64,000 bases of DNA, taken from assembly GCA_049602155.1 (NCBI GenBank), contig JBMYRH010000019.1, positions 23,972 to 87,971 on the forward strand, written 5' to 3'. The notes under the pieces were generated by a model. The model was not told where the DNA came from and ran no database searches. It was given only the letters and a program-made list of their open reading frames with translations. Origin of the DNA: Myxococcota bacterium (lineage in GTDB: Bacteria; Myxococcota_A; UBA9042; PHBI01; JBMYRH01). The position numbers and the translations under genes are program-made. This document shows positions 1 through 9,400 of the stretch, one piece after another (within the stretch, counting starts at the first letter, position 1; each line of letters begins with the position of its first letter).

Positions 1-1
1 C

Positions 2-1549
2 GTACGCGGGCCGGATGAGCAGAGGCGTACGCCGCTTATCCTCGAAGGCGAGCACCTCTACCTCGATCGTTACTGGGCCTACCAAACGCGCCTAGCGACG
101 CAGGTCGTCGAGCGCTTAGGTGGCCCCCCACACCCCATCGACGAGGACTGGCTCGACACCACGCTCGACCGGCTCTTCCCCCCAGGGAAAGACAAGAAGG
201 AGCTCCAGAAATTGGCTGCCAAGATGGCGGTCATGTCCCGCTTTACGATCATCACTGGGGGGCCGGGGACGGGCAAGACCACGACCATCAAGCGGCTGAT
301 GGCGCTCCTCATCGAGGACGCTCGACGGCGCGGAGACCGAGACCCGCGCTTTGTGCTGATGGCGCCCACCGGCAAGGCCGCAGCGCGGATGAAGGAGTCC
401 ATCCAGGCCAGAGAGACGCACGTCCCGCTCAAGACGACCGAGGACGTCATCGCGGCATTCCCCACCACCTCGTCGACGATTCACCGAGCACTAGGCTGGA
501 CCCCAAAACATCGAACACGCTTCAAGCGAAACGCCGAGAGCCCCTTGGCCGCTGACGTCATCATCGTGGATGAGGCCTCGATGATCGACCTCGCGATGAT
601 GACCAAGCTCTTTGAGGCCGTGCCCCAAGACGCGCGGCTCATCCTGCTCGGCGACTCAGACCAGCTGAAGTCCATCGAGTCCGGGGCCGTGCTCGGCGAC
701 CTCGTCGCAGGGTTAGCGCCAAGACAGACCGGGGTCGTCAAGCTTGAGTACACCCATCGCTTCGGCAAAACGAGCGGCGTGGGTGCGCTGAGCCGGGCCA
801 TCAACCGTGCGAGCCTCTCAGACGTTCAAGCCTTCCTCACGAGAAAGGCCTCTGAAGATCCAACCATCGCCGCCTATGACACCCTCACCTGGCTGCCGCT
901 TGACGCTCAAGAGAGCCTCCCCAGGCTCAAGCAGCGCATCACCGCACACCTCAAGGGTCGTATCCTTGAGGCGATGAAGGGGTTCCGCGAGGCGGTCGAC
1001 AAGGCAGACTGGGGCGTCGCGCTCAAGGCGCTTGACAGCTTCCGAGTGCTCGCCGCGCACCGTCGCGGTCCCCTCGGCGTACAAGGGCTTAACCGCAGCA
1101 TCGAGAAGTGGCTGTCCAAGGCGTATGATTTCTCAACCAAAGACGAGCACTACCTGGGCCGTCCAATCCTGGTCACCGAGAACGACAAGGATCTAGAGCT
1201 CTACAATGGCGACGTCGGCTTCATCGGCAACGACAGCCAAGGCCGCCGAGTGGGCATCTTCCCCGAGACAGAGGGCTACAGGCAGGTACCAGTCGCGAGG
1301 CTCCCTCCCCACGAGACGGTCTACGCGATGACCATCCATAAGAGCCAAGGGTCCCAGTTCAACCACGCGCTCGTGGCGCTGCCTGTCACCCCGTCACGGA
1401 TCATCACCCGTGAGCTGCTCTACACTGCGGTGACCCGAGCAGCCCACCTGGTGACCATCATCGGCAGCGAGGCCTCGCTTGAGACCGCCGTGGGTCAACC
1501 GGTCTCTCGATCCTCTGGACTCCCAGCCGCGCTGGCCAGGCTGCCCTAA
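2..1549 (+). CDS. recD: Exodeoxyribonuclease V alpha subunit (RecD), 5'-truncated at the window edge
   Basis: Frame is open from position 2 (PLILEGEHLYLDRYWAYQ). Walker A GGPGTGKTT, APTGKAAAR, IVDEASMID, LLGDSDQL, YAMTIHKSQGSQF and RELLYTAVTRA helicase motifs. Confidence 0.93.
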   Translation, partial: VRGPDEQRRTPLILEGEHLYLDRYWAYQTRLATQVVERLGGPPHPIDEDWLDTTLDRLFPPGKDKKELQKLAAKMAVMSRFTIITGGPGTGKTTTIKRLMALLIEDARRRGDRDPRFVLMAPTGKAAARMKESIQARETHVPLKTTEDVIAAFPTTSSTIHRALGWTPKHRTRFKRNAESPLAADVIIVDEASMIDLAMMTKLFEAVPQDARLILLGDSDQLKSIESGAVLGDLVAGLAPRQTGVVKLEYTHRFGKTSGVGALSRAINRASLSDVQAFLTRKASEDPTIAAYDTLTWLPLDAQESLPRLKQRITAHLKGRILEAMKGFREAVDKADWGVALKALDSFRVLAAHRRGPLGVQGLNRSIEKWLSKAYDFSTKDEHYLGRPILVTENDKDLELYNGDVGFIGNDSQGRRVGIFPETEGYRQVPVARLPPHETVYAMTIHKSQGSQFNHALVALPVTPSRIITRELLYTAVTRAAHLVTIIGSEASLETAVGQPVSRSSGLPAALARLP

Positions 1550-1569
1550 GACGACCGTAATTCGCCGAG

Positions 1570-2550
1570 TTAAGACGCTGGCGGGAGCGGATGGAGCTCG
1601 AGCCGATCACCCTCGGCGCAGGGCACTAAGAGTCGCCGTCGCGATGCGTCCCAGCCCAGATCTCCCGAGACGTCTACAGACGTCGCGATCGGCGTAAAGG
1701 GCCCCTGGACAGGTCCCGCAAAGAGCGTGCGGTGCGCCAAACTTGAGAAGACGACCTGATCGTCCGCCTTCACCATCCCAGAGAGCTCACCGTCGACAGG
1801 GGGCGACGCCCCATGAACAAGGCGACCGCTCGGAGCGACCGCATAGAATGACACGGGCTCACGGGCCGCGATCCACGCTTGAGAGCCATCGGTCACGATG
1901 CCGGTAGGGCGTCCAAGCACCGATGAGTGAGCGATCGCAGATACCCCCCCTCGCACGCCAACCCGGAAGACCGTCCCGAAGCGACCCGACTCAGTGACAC
2001 CAGAGTCGGTCACAAAGACCTCCCCCCGAGCGCCGATCGCGACATCCGAGAGGCGGTACGAAGTCGGCACGTGAATCGAGGCTCGATAGGCCCCTGATTG
2101 TCGATCAAAGACACGCAGATGTTGGCCGTCAGAGACGATCAGACGGTTCCGAACCAAGGCCATCGCTGCAGGCTGACCAAGGGGTGCCTCTTTGCTGGCA
2201 CCGTCGATCCAACGGGCCGACTCCACCGTGCCGTCAGGCAGGACACTCGTGATGAACGCAGGGGCACCGCTGCGAGGAAGGTTGGCCACCAAGTACACAT
2301 CGGCCGCCGGGTCATGAAGCGCGGCGACAGGTCCATCCAGGCCCACTTGTTCGAGGGCCTCCACCTGGCTAGACGGGTCCACCAAGAGCTCCACCTTCGA
2401 CTCCCACACGGGCTCGGGCTCAGGGAGCGGGAGGGGCGCAGGGGTCGCAGCGTGTGCCTCGGGCACCGGGCTCGGCAGCTCAGAATTGCTGCAAGCCGAC
2501 GCGAGCAGGGCCAGCGAGACGATGACCAGAGAGCTTCTTAGGCGCTGCAT
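1570..2550 (-). CDS. Lipoprotein, SMP-30/gluconolactonase-like beta-propeller
   Basis: Lipobox LASAC. Blade-like repeats (LIVSDG, VFVTDSG, PTGIVTDG). Paralog of the adjacent gene. Confidence 0.65.
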   Translation of the reverse strand: MQRLRSSLVIVSLALLASACSNSELPSPVPEAHAATPAPLPLPEPEPVWESKVELLVDPSSQVEALEQVGLDGPVAALHDPAADVYLVANLPRSGAPAFITSVLPDGTVESARWIDGASKEAPLGQPAAMALVRNRLIVSDGQHLRVFDRQSGAYRASIHVPTSYRLSDVAIGARGEVFVTDSGVTESGRFGTVFRVGVRGGVSAIAHSSVLGRPTGIVTDGSQAWIAAREPVSFYAVAPSGRLVHGASPPVDGELSGMVKADDQVVFSSLAHRTLFAGPVQGPFTPIATSVDVSGDLGWDASRRRLLVPCAEGDRLELHPLPPAS

Positions 2551-2606
2551 ATCCCTCCATCCAATCCGTTGGACGACAAGGGATACGGGAGGTTCCCCGA
2601 AGAACT

Positions 2607-3776
2607 TCAGCCGCGCGGTCGAGTCGCTGTCTCTTTGTCGGACAGAATCAAGACGTGGACCTCTCCCGACGCCTCAGACGGGACGAGCAACCGGCGACGC
2701 TTAGGATCCCACCCAGGGTGGCCCGGCATCACGATCCCACCCCCAAGGTAGGAGAATTCTCCGGTCAACGATCCCCGGTACAGACCTTGGGCAACCTGAC
2801 TCGTCACGACGACGTCCCCAGGCCCAACCTCGATGATGCCGGTGAGCCGCCCTTCATCAAGGGTCGGCCCCGAGCGCAGCGCCCCGTTGGCCTTGAGGCC
2901 GTGGAGCTTGCCCGAGCCCTGCGTCGCGATCCAAACAGTCTTGTCGGTGTAGAGCACCCCGGCCGGGTGCCCAAGCACAGATGAGCGGAAGAGAGCCGTG
3001 ACGCGCCCCGCGCGGTTGACGCGATAGACCGCGTCCGTCCCCGCAGGCCGGCCGTCGACGCCGTAGCTGGCGTCCGACACCAGGAGCGACTCGGCCGCTC
3101 CGCGCGCAAGCCCGTTGAGTTGACTCGCACCCGGCACCTTGATCGTGCCGCGAGGCACCCCCGTCTTACGATCGTAGACGCGGACATCCGAGCCATCTGC
3201 GACGTAGAGGCGCCCCCGGATGATCGTCATCCCCCTCGGGGTCTTCAAGCGCGTGCGGGGCGACGCACCGTCGATCCAACGCGGCGCCTCGAGCTCCCCC
3301 TCTGGAGTGACCCGCGCAATGTAGCCGGGGCCAGCACCATCCGCGCCGCTGACGAGGTTGCTCACCAAGTAGCGGTCTGAGGCTGCGTCATAGAGCACTG
3401 CACTCGGTCGCTCAAACCCGGTGATGACGCGCAATTCACCGGCGTCAACGTCCGTCACATCCGCCGCATCCGCCACCTCGGGTGCGCGGGACGAGGCCTT
3501 CGTCGCCTTGATCTCCTCCGGCAACATGGTGAGCGGGGCGACCCCATTCGACGTCACAGACGACGCATTGAGCGCCAACGCGTCTGCCTCGGGTACCTCA
3601 ACGGACGTCGCCAGCTCCCCCTCATCCGAGGTGGCTGCAGCTCCCTTCATACCCGCCGTGGCCGTGGCCGTCGCGGGGTCAGGTGGGGTGGCGTGTACCT
3701 CCGTCTCAGCATCGTCACTGCACGCGACGAGCAGGAGGGCCACGCACCAGATGGGAGAGTTGGTGTGGCGATTCAT
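2607..3776 (-). CDS. Lipoprotein, SMP-30/gluconolactonase-like beta-propeller
   Basis: Lipobox LVAC and Ala/Thr/acidic linker, then GFERPSAVLYD..YLVSN, PRGM..LYVADG and GWDPKRRRLLVP. Confidence 0.7.
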   Translation of the reverse strand: MNRHTNSPIWCVALLLVACSDDAETEVHATPPDPATATATAGMKGAAATSDEGELATSVEVPEADALALNASSVTSNGVAPLTMLPEEIKATKASSRAPEVADAADVTDVDAGELRVITGFERPSAVLYDAASDRYLVSNLVSGADGAGPGYIARVTPEGELEAPRWIDGASPRTRLKTPRGMTIIRGRLYVADGSDVRVYDRKTGVPRGTIKVPGASQLNGLARGAAESLLVSDASYGVDGRPAGTDAVYRVNRAGRVTALFRSSVLGHPAGVLYTDKTVWIATQGSGKLHGLKANGALRSGPTLDEGRLTGIIEVGPGDVVVTSQVAQGLYRGSLTGEFSYLGGGIVMPGHPGWDPKRRRLLVPSEASGEVHVLILSDKETATRPRG

Positions 3777-3864
3777 CGTAGGCTTTTCCGGTAGAGCTAC
3801 ATCCTGCCGCCGGAGACCTTTGAAGTCAAGAATCGCAAGGGTTTACGGGCTATTCAGCCCCCTG

Positions 3865-4959
3865 TTAGCCGGTCTCGAGATCGCGTCGATAGTCCCGCGT
3901 CAAGAGCGTGTGGAAGTGGTGCTCTCCCTGCTCCACCCGAGGCGCATAGCGTCCTCGGTCATAGCCACTAGATGAGAGACCGCGCTGCACTGAGGCACAA
4001 ATCATCGCGTCCTCACCCTGCACCTCGCGGCTCTTCATCCGGCTCCGCTCCATGAAGCGCTGCGCAGCCGCGCCCTCGGTCTCTTCAAACCAATAGTCAA
4101 AGCGGACGGTCGTGCGATCCACCGCCTCTGGTAAGACGATGTTTATGTCTAAAACCGGCCCATAGCGGTTGACCATCAGGTTCGGATAAATCCAGACATA
4201 ATCAGCGCCCTGTCCAACCCGTGGATTATCTTCGTCTCCGGCGACGCGCTGTACCGAGCTGCGATCAAGGAGCGTGACCTCATAGGTGCTCATGTCCAGG
4301 TCTTTGGTGAGCCCCTTGTGAAGCACGGGCACGTGATAGCCCCCGTCGAGGTAGTTATCGACGTAGACCTTCCAGTTGCTCTCCACCGGGTGCGCCTCCT
4401 CCCCCGACCAGGTCAACCCGTCGAAGAGATCATCGCGCAAGAGCGCCTCCAGCGGCGCGAGCTGAGACGCCAACTCCGGTGGATCGCTTCCCATGTAGAG
4501 GAAGAGCAAGGGCCCCCAGGTGGCGGCGTGCCGGCGGCGCAGGCCCATCGAACCCCTGTCGAAGGCCGCGACACCGGCCATGCGCGGGGCGCTCACCAGG
4601 CGACCATCAAGGTCATAAGTCCACCCGTGGTAGGGACATGTGAAGCGCTCCGCGCAGCCCTCCCCTCGGACCAAGGTCGTCGCGTGATGACGGCACACAT
4701 TGTCGAACGCATAGAGCGTCCCGTCTTGGCTCCGCACGATGATGTACGGATCGCCCAAAAGGGTACCGCTGACGAAATGGCCGGGCTCAGATACGGCATC
4801 GGCGCGCCCGACTGCGACCCAATTGTCTCGAAAGACAGTGCGCTTCTCGAGGTCCAGGATCGCCGCCTCGGTGTACCACTCCGAGGGGGGCGTGGACGCT
4901 TTACTGATCGCCACATCGGCGTCGAATCCCTCGACAATGGTGCGAAGTGCTTGGTCCAT
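3865..4959 (-). CDS. Rieske non-heme iron oxygenase alpha subunit (choline monooxygenase-like)
   Basis: Rieske CRHH...CPYHGW motif and NWKVYVDNYLDGGYHVPVLH iron-binding motif. GGAGG precedes the ATG at 4959. Confidence 0.88.
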   Translation of the reverse strand: MDQALRTIVEGFDADVAISKASTPPSEWYTEAAILDLEKRTVFRDNWVAVGRADAVSEPGHFVSGTLLGDPYIIVRSQDGTLYAFDNVCRHHATTLVRGEGCAERFTCPYHGWTYDLDGRLVSAPRMAGVAAFDRGSMGLRRRHAATWGPLLFLYMGSDPPELASQLAPLEALLRDDLFDGLTWSGEEAHPVESNWKVYVDNYLDGGYHVPVLHKGLTKDLDMSTYEVTLLDRSSVQRVAGDEDNPRVGQGADYVWIYPNLMVNRYGPVLDINIVLPEAVDRTTVRFDYWFEETEGAAAQRFMERSRMKSREVQGEDAMICASVQRGLSSSGYDRGRYAPRVEQGEHHFHTLLTRDYRRDLETG

Positions 4960-5005
4960 GGCCGCCTCCACGTTGACGCTTGCACGATGCGGCGATGCGG
5001 GTCAA

Positions 5006-5779
5006 ATGGACATCATCATGTCTTGGACGCTCTCCAACCTCCGCCGTGAGTTCGATTGGTTCTTAAAGCGCTGCTTACGCTGGTCAGCGCCTGTGGTACG
5101 TCGCCCAATCGGTGAGATCGCCCCGTTCTTAGAGCGGCTAAGCGAGGCAGAGTTGCGCCGCTACCATGCGCTCACTGAGGTGTATGATCTGAGCCGCTTT
5201 GCGGAGACCTGTACGGTCACGGAGCTCTTTCAGAGCATCGATCGCTTGGACCTGCTGGATCAGCACGTCGGCGCGACGCCACCGGGGGGCTTGGACGTCG
5301 GCGCGCTGAATTGGACGTACCTCCCGGCATTGACAGCCTTCAAGCCCGGCCCGTGGCTCGGCATCGAGCTGGACGGCTTTCAACGCTACGTGTCGATGGA
5401 CACCCGTGGTGCGCAAGCGCGACACCGAGCCTCCCAGTTCCCCGGCGCGACCTACAGGGTTCAGGATGTCCACATGGTCGAGGGCCAATGGGGGCTCGTC
5501 ACGTGGTTCTTTCCTTACGTGACGCCCGGGCCTCTTATCTCCGCAGGGTTGCCCGATCGCTTCTTTGATCCCGTCGCGATGCTCAAGCACGTCTGGTCGT
5601 TGGTCGCGCCCGGCGGGACCCTCTTCGTGATGAACGTCGACCTGAATGAAGACGGATACCAGCGCGAGCTCTTCGATCGGGCAGGGATCGAAGTGACGCA
5701 GCTCGGTCGGATCGTGTCCGTCTTCGATGACGACGACGACGAGAACCACGGCTGGGTCGCTGTCAAGCCCGAGCGCTAA
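5006..5779 (+). CDS. Putative class I SAM-dependent methyltransferase-fold protein
   Basis: Motif I-like GLDVGA, WLGIELDG and LVAPGGTLFV. Start moved to the ATG downstream of the divergent Rieske gene. Confidence 0.55.
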   Translation: MDIIMSWTLSNLRREFDWFLKRCLRWSAPVVRRPIGEIAPFLERLSEAELRRYHALTEVYDLSRFAETCTVTELFQSIDRLDLLDQHVGATPPGGLDVGALNWTYLPALTAFKPGPWLGIELDGFQRYVSMDTRGAQARHRASQFPGATYRVQDVHMVEGQWGLVTWFFPYVTPGPLISAGLPDRFFDPVAMLKHVWSLVAPGGTLFVMNVDLNEDGYQRELFDRAGIEVTQLGRIVSVFDDDDDENHGWVAVKPER

Positions 5780-5816
5780 GGTTCAGCGCGCAGCGCACCT
5801 CAGCTCAACGCCCAGG

Positions 5817-6209
5817 CTATTCGTCGTCGTAAAACAGCGAACCGCGCTGACCGATGAAGGCGTTGATCGCCTCGGTCGCTGCTGCATCCACATCAAGGAA
5901 CCTGAGCCCGATCCCCGGCATCGAGTCGACATGTGGCTGCTCAAGGCGCTGCCAACGCACCTCGCAGCGCGCGGTAATCTTGGCGTCACTCCCAGGCAGG
6001 GAGAAGGCGATCTCCATGATCGTGCCGATGGGCTTGAGGTCGCGCGTGGCGACGAAGAGGCCTCCCGAGGAGATGTTCTCGGTGAAGCCCGTGTAGAAGT
6101 TGTGATCACTCTCATTCGAGAGCTCAATCTCGGCCTCAAACGCTTTCCGATCAGAGACGCGGCCCTCAGGGCTCGCACCGCTACTGTTCTGTTCCTCAGT
6201 GGTAGACAT
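5817..6209 (-). CDS. PilZ-like domain protein (myxobacterial TIGR02266-type paralog family)
   Basis: RVSDR (RxxxR) and NFYTGFTENISSGGLFVAT ... GIGLRF, typical of PilZ-like c-di-GMP receptors. Confidence 0.85.
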   Translation of the reverse strand: MSTTEEQNSSGASPEGRVSDRKAFEAEIELSNESDHNFYTGFTENISSGGLFVATRDLKPIGTIMEIAFSLPGSDAKITARCEVRWQRLEQPHVDSMPGIGLRFLDVDAAATEAINAFIGQRGSLFYDDE

Positions 6210-6413
6210 AGACGCATCTCCTGCGCGGCCAGATCGGTCGGGCGTTGGGGGCTCGCGAGGGAAGCTAACGCGAGACCACAGACCAATCAAGGGGTCTTCA
6301 TCCCCCCCAATCGGCCACCTATCGAGGTGACTTGAGCAGAAATATCGCGAGCCATCGGAGCACAGAGGGCGCGACTGGTGAACGAAGGGAGGTGGCCGCG
6401 ATGACGACGCGTA

Positions 6414-9400
6414 TCACTCCGAAGGCTTTGCGCGCTCAAAGGCGTCCGCAAAGGGGGCGATGCCGTCGACAAGTTCACCGAGGGTCGCGCCTGGAGAGGT
6501 GGCGATCTGCTCGACCATCGCCTCATAGGCCTTGGCGACCGCCTGAACGGCTGCTGGGCTATATCGCGCCTGAAAGAGCCCCTTGATGCCGTCGGAATCG
6601 CGGTGCAGGTCCATCAGCGGATCTCCCGGGATCGCCTCTGGCACATTGACCGGGGTTCGGAGGGCCCGGATCGGCAAACGCGACGAGCCCAGCGGCGCAA
6701 AGGCGCTCAAGGGGGTGGTGATGCTTATCACGCACCCCGCTGTGCGAGTCCGTGCCCGACGAAACCAGCGCGTAACCCGGCGCTCTAGCGCATAGCGCGC
6801 AGAATTGATGACGAGGTCGACCCTGTGGGTCAGCTCGACCCGAGGCGTCGCGCTCTTCATCGACCACAGCGCCCCGACAAGCCGGGAGAGGGCATACGGG
6901 CGCACCGTCCCGCGCATGAAGAGCTGCCGACTGATCCCCAAGAGGACCGTGGCCGGCAGCCGCGCGTGGTCACTGGCAGAGGCGTAGCGCTCTGCGAACT
7001 CGGACAGCCCCTCTAAAAGGCGCTGGTCGCGGTCGAGCTGGCTCTGCTGATACATCGCGCCGGCCATCACCAGCGGGAGGCCCTTGAACGCCGCTTCATC
7101 ACGGTTGTGGTAGGCCGATAAGCAACGCATCAGAGGGGCACGATGGACCCCATGGAGCGTCAAGAACACGCAATAGGTGAGCGCCGCCTCGAGCGAGATG
7201 CCGAGCTCTCGGGCCGTCCCCTCGAGCGACTCCGTGGCCGACGCGCTGAGGTGCGCGGTCTCTCCGTGGACGGTGTCTTGGAGCAGGCGTGTCGGGACGG
7301 TCCAGCTGGCATCGCCGTCCTGGGTCTCTCGATAATAGGCGACGCTCGCCTCGATGCTCGTCTCCGTGATGCGCTCCCGCTCCCACGCCATATAGTCGGC
7401 CAGGGCCATCGGCTCCGGGGGTGAAAAGAGGGCGCCATCAAGCCGGGCCATATAGGTGTCATGGAGTTCACGGACCAAGAGCTGAGTCGTGTGACCATCG
7501 ACCAGCGCCTGAGGCGCAACAAAGGCGAAGTACCAGCTCATATGGTCCGTTTGCGCGAGCAGCGCCGTGAGCATCGGCGAGCGGTTTCTGAAGGGCTCAT
7601 TCACGGTGCGGCGCACCCGAGAGAGGACCTGATACTCCGCGGCATCGGGGGCCAAGCGTCGGAGATCCATCCGAGTGACGTTACACATCCTGATGTCCGC
7701 ACGTCGCATCACGGGCGCGCTCATGTCGAACTGCATCCAGGGGAGCTCATGGCGCGCCAAGACGTCATCCCATGCCTCGAGGAAGACCTCCGCGTCGATC
7801 CGCCCCTGGAGGTGCAGCACACAAGGAGAGGTGTAGTTCATGCCGCGCCGCAGCAGATGCCAGTGGCCCATTTGAGCCTGGCCAAGAGGCACCCTCGCCG
7901 GTCGCGCCACGGCTGGGACCGTTGGTTCGATTGAGACGGCATTGTCTGGCGACTTGTGCGCTTCGTCTAGGGCCGCAGCGATCGCGCGGATCGTCCCCAG
8001 GCGATAGATGTCGGCCACGCTCAGTGTGCCGCCCATCGTATCTCTTAGCTGCGCGACCATGCGCACCGCGCGGAGTGAATCCCCCCCCACCTCGACGAAG
8101 CGGTCCAAGACACCGAGCGCGTCGTGCGCCAGCAGCCCAGACCAGATGGCGAGTAAGCGGCGCTCTGTGTCGGTCTCTGGGGGCGCATGGGTGCGCTCCC
8201 GGAGGACAGGCTCGGGTGCAATGGCGAGGATCGCGGCGACGTCGAGCTTGCCGTTCGCGTTCAAGGGCAGCGCTCCCATGCGCACCCGGCGCGTCGGGAT
8301 CGCGTGCGGTGGAAGGTGCAACGCCAAGTGCTCCAAGAGCTGCACGTCGTTAAGACGAGAGCGCGGCCCTAGGGTGTATGCGAGGACCAGCTGTGGGGGC
8401 TCGCTGTGGGTCGACACAGCCGCTGCTTGGCGGACGTCCTCGTGACGCATCACCGCAGCGCTGACCTCACTGGGCTCCAGCCGCTGTCCGCGGATCTTGA
8501 GCTGCTGATCCACCCGCCCCAAGAAGTCCAGCTGACCATCGGTCCGCCAGCGCGCGCGGTCGCCTGTTCGGTAGAGGCGACCCGCCGAAGCGCCTAAGGC
8601 CTTGGGCGCCATCACGAAGCGCGCTTGGGTCTCCTCTGCGAGGTCATCGTAGCCGAGCGCGAGGCCGGCCCCGCCAACCCAGAGCTCCCCTGGGAAGCCC
8701 TCCGGGAGGAGCGCACCGTCGGGATCGAGGACGTAGCACGTGCTCCCGGCGATAGGGCGACCGATCGGGACCGCGTGACCCGGTCGATCGGGCTGAACCC
8801 GCGCGATCGTCGAGAAGACGGTGTTCTCTGTGGGCCCATAGCCATTGAGGAAGCGCTCTGGGCGCCCCTCGCTCTGCCCGAGCACGATGCTCGCAGCGCC
8901 TGGGTCGAGGACATCCCCGCCGATGAGGAGGAGCTTCAAGGTCGTGAAGCTCTCCGGCTGCGCGTCGACATGAGCGTGGAAAAGCGGCGTGGCTAAGCCC
9001 AGTGCGGTCACTTGGTGCGCAGCGATCTCCTCAGAGAGGCGCAGCGCATCCAGCATCTCGACGCGAGAGAGCACGACGAGGCGCGCGCCCATGAGCAGCC
9101 CGCCCCAGATCTCCCAGGTCGAGAGGTCAAAGGCTAAGCTCGCCCCGTGAACCACCACGTCCTCTGAGGAGAGGGTGTGTGGTCCACCTCCGCAGGCCAG
9201 ACGCATCACAGCGCGATGAGGTACCACGACCCCCTTCGGCTCCCCTGTTGAGCCGGAGGTGAACATGACGTAGGCCCCGGTCTCAGGGTCCGCGTCACTG
9301 GAGACTGGGCCGTCCGGTTGTCCCGAGAGGCAACCGGGGACATCCAGTGAGAACCTCGGCAAGGTGACGGTCTCGGGCAGCTGCTCGAGCAGATGGTTGT

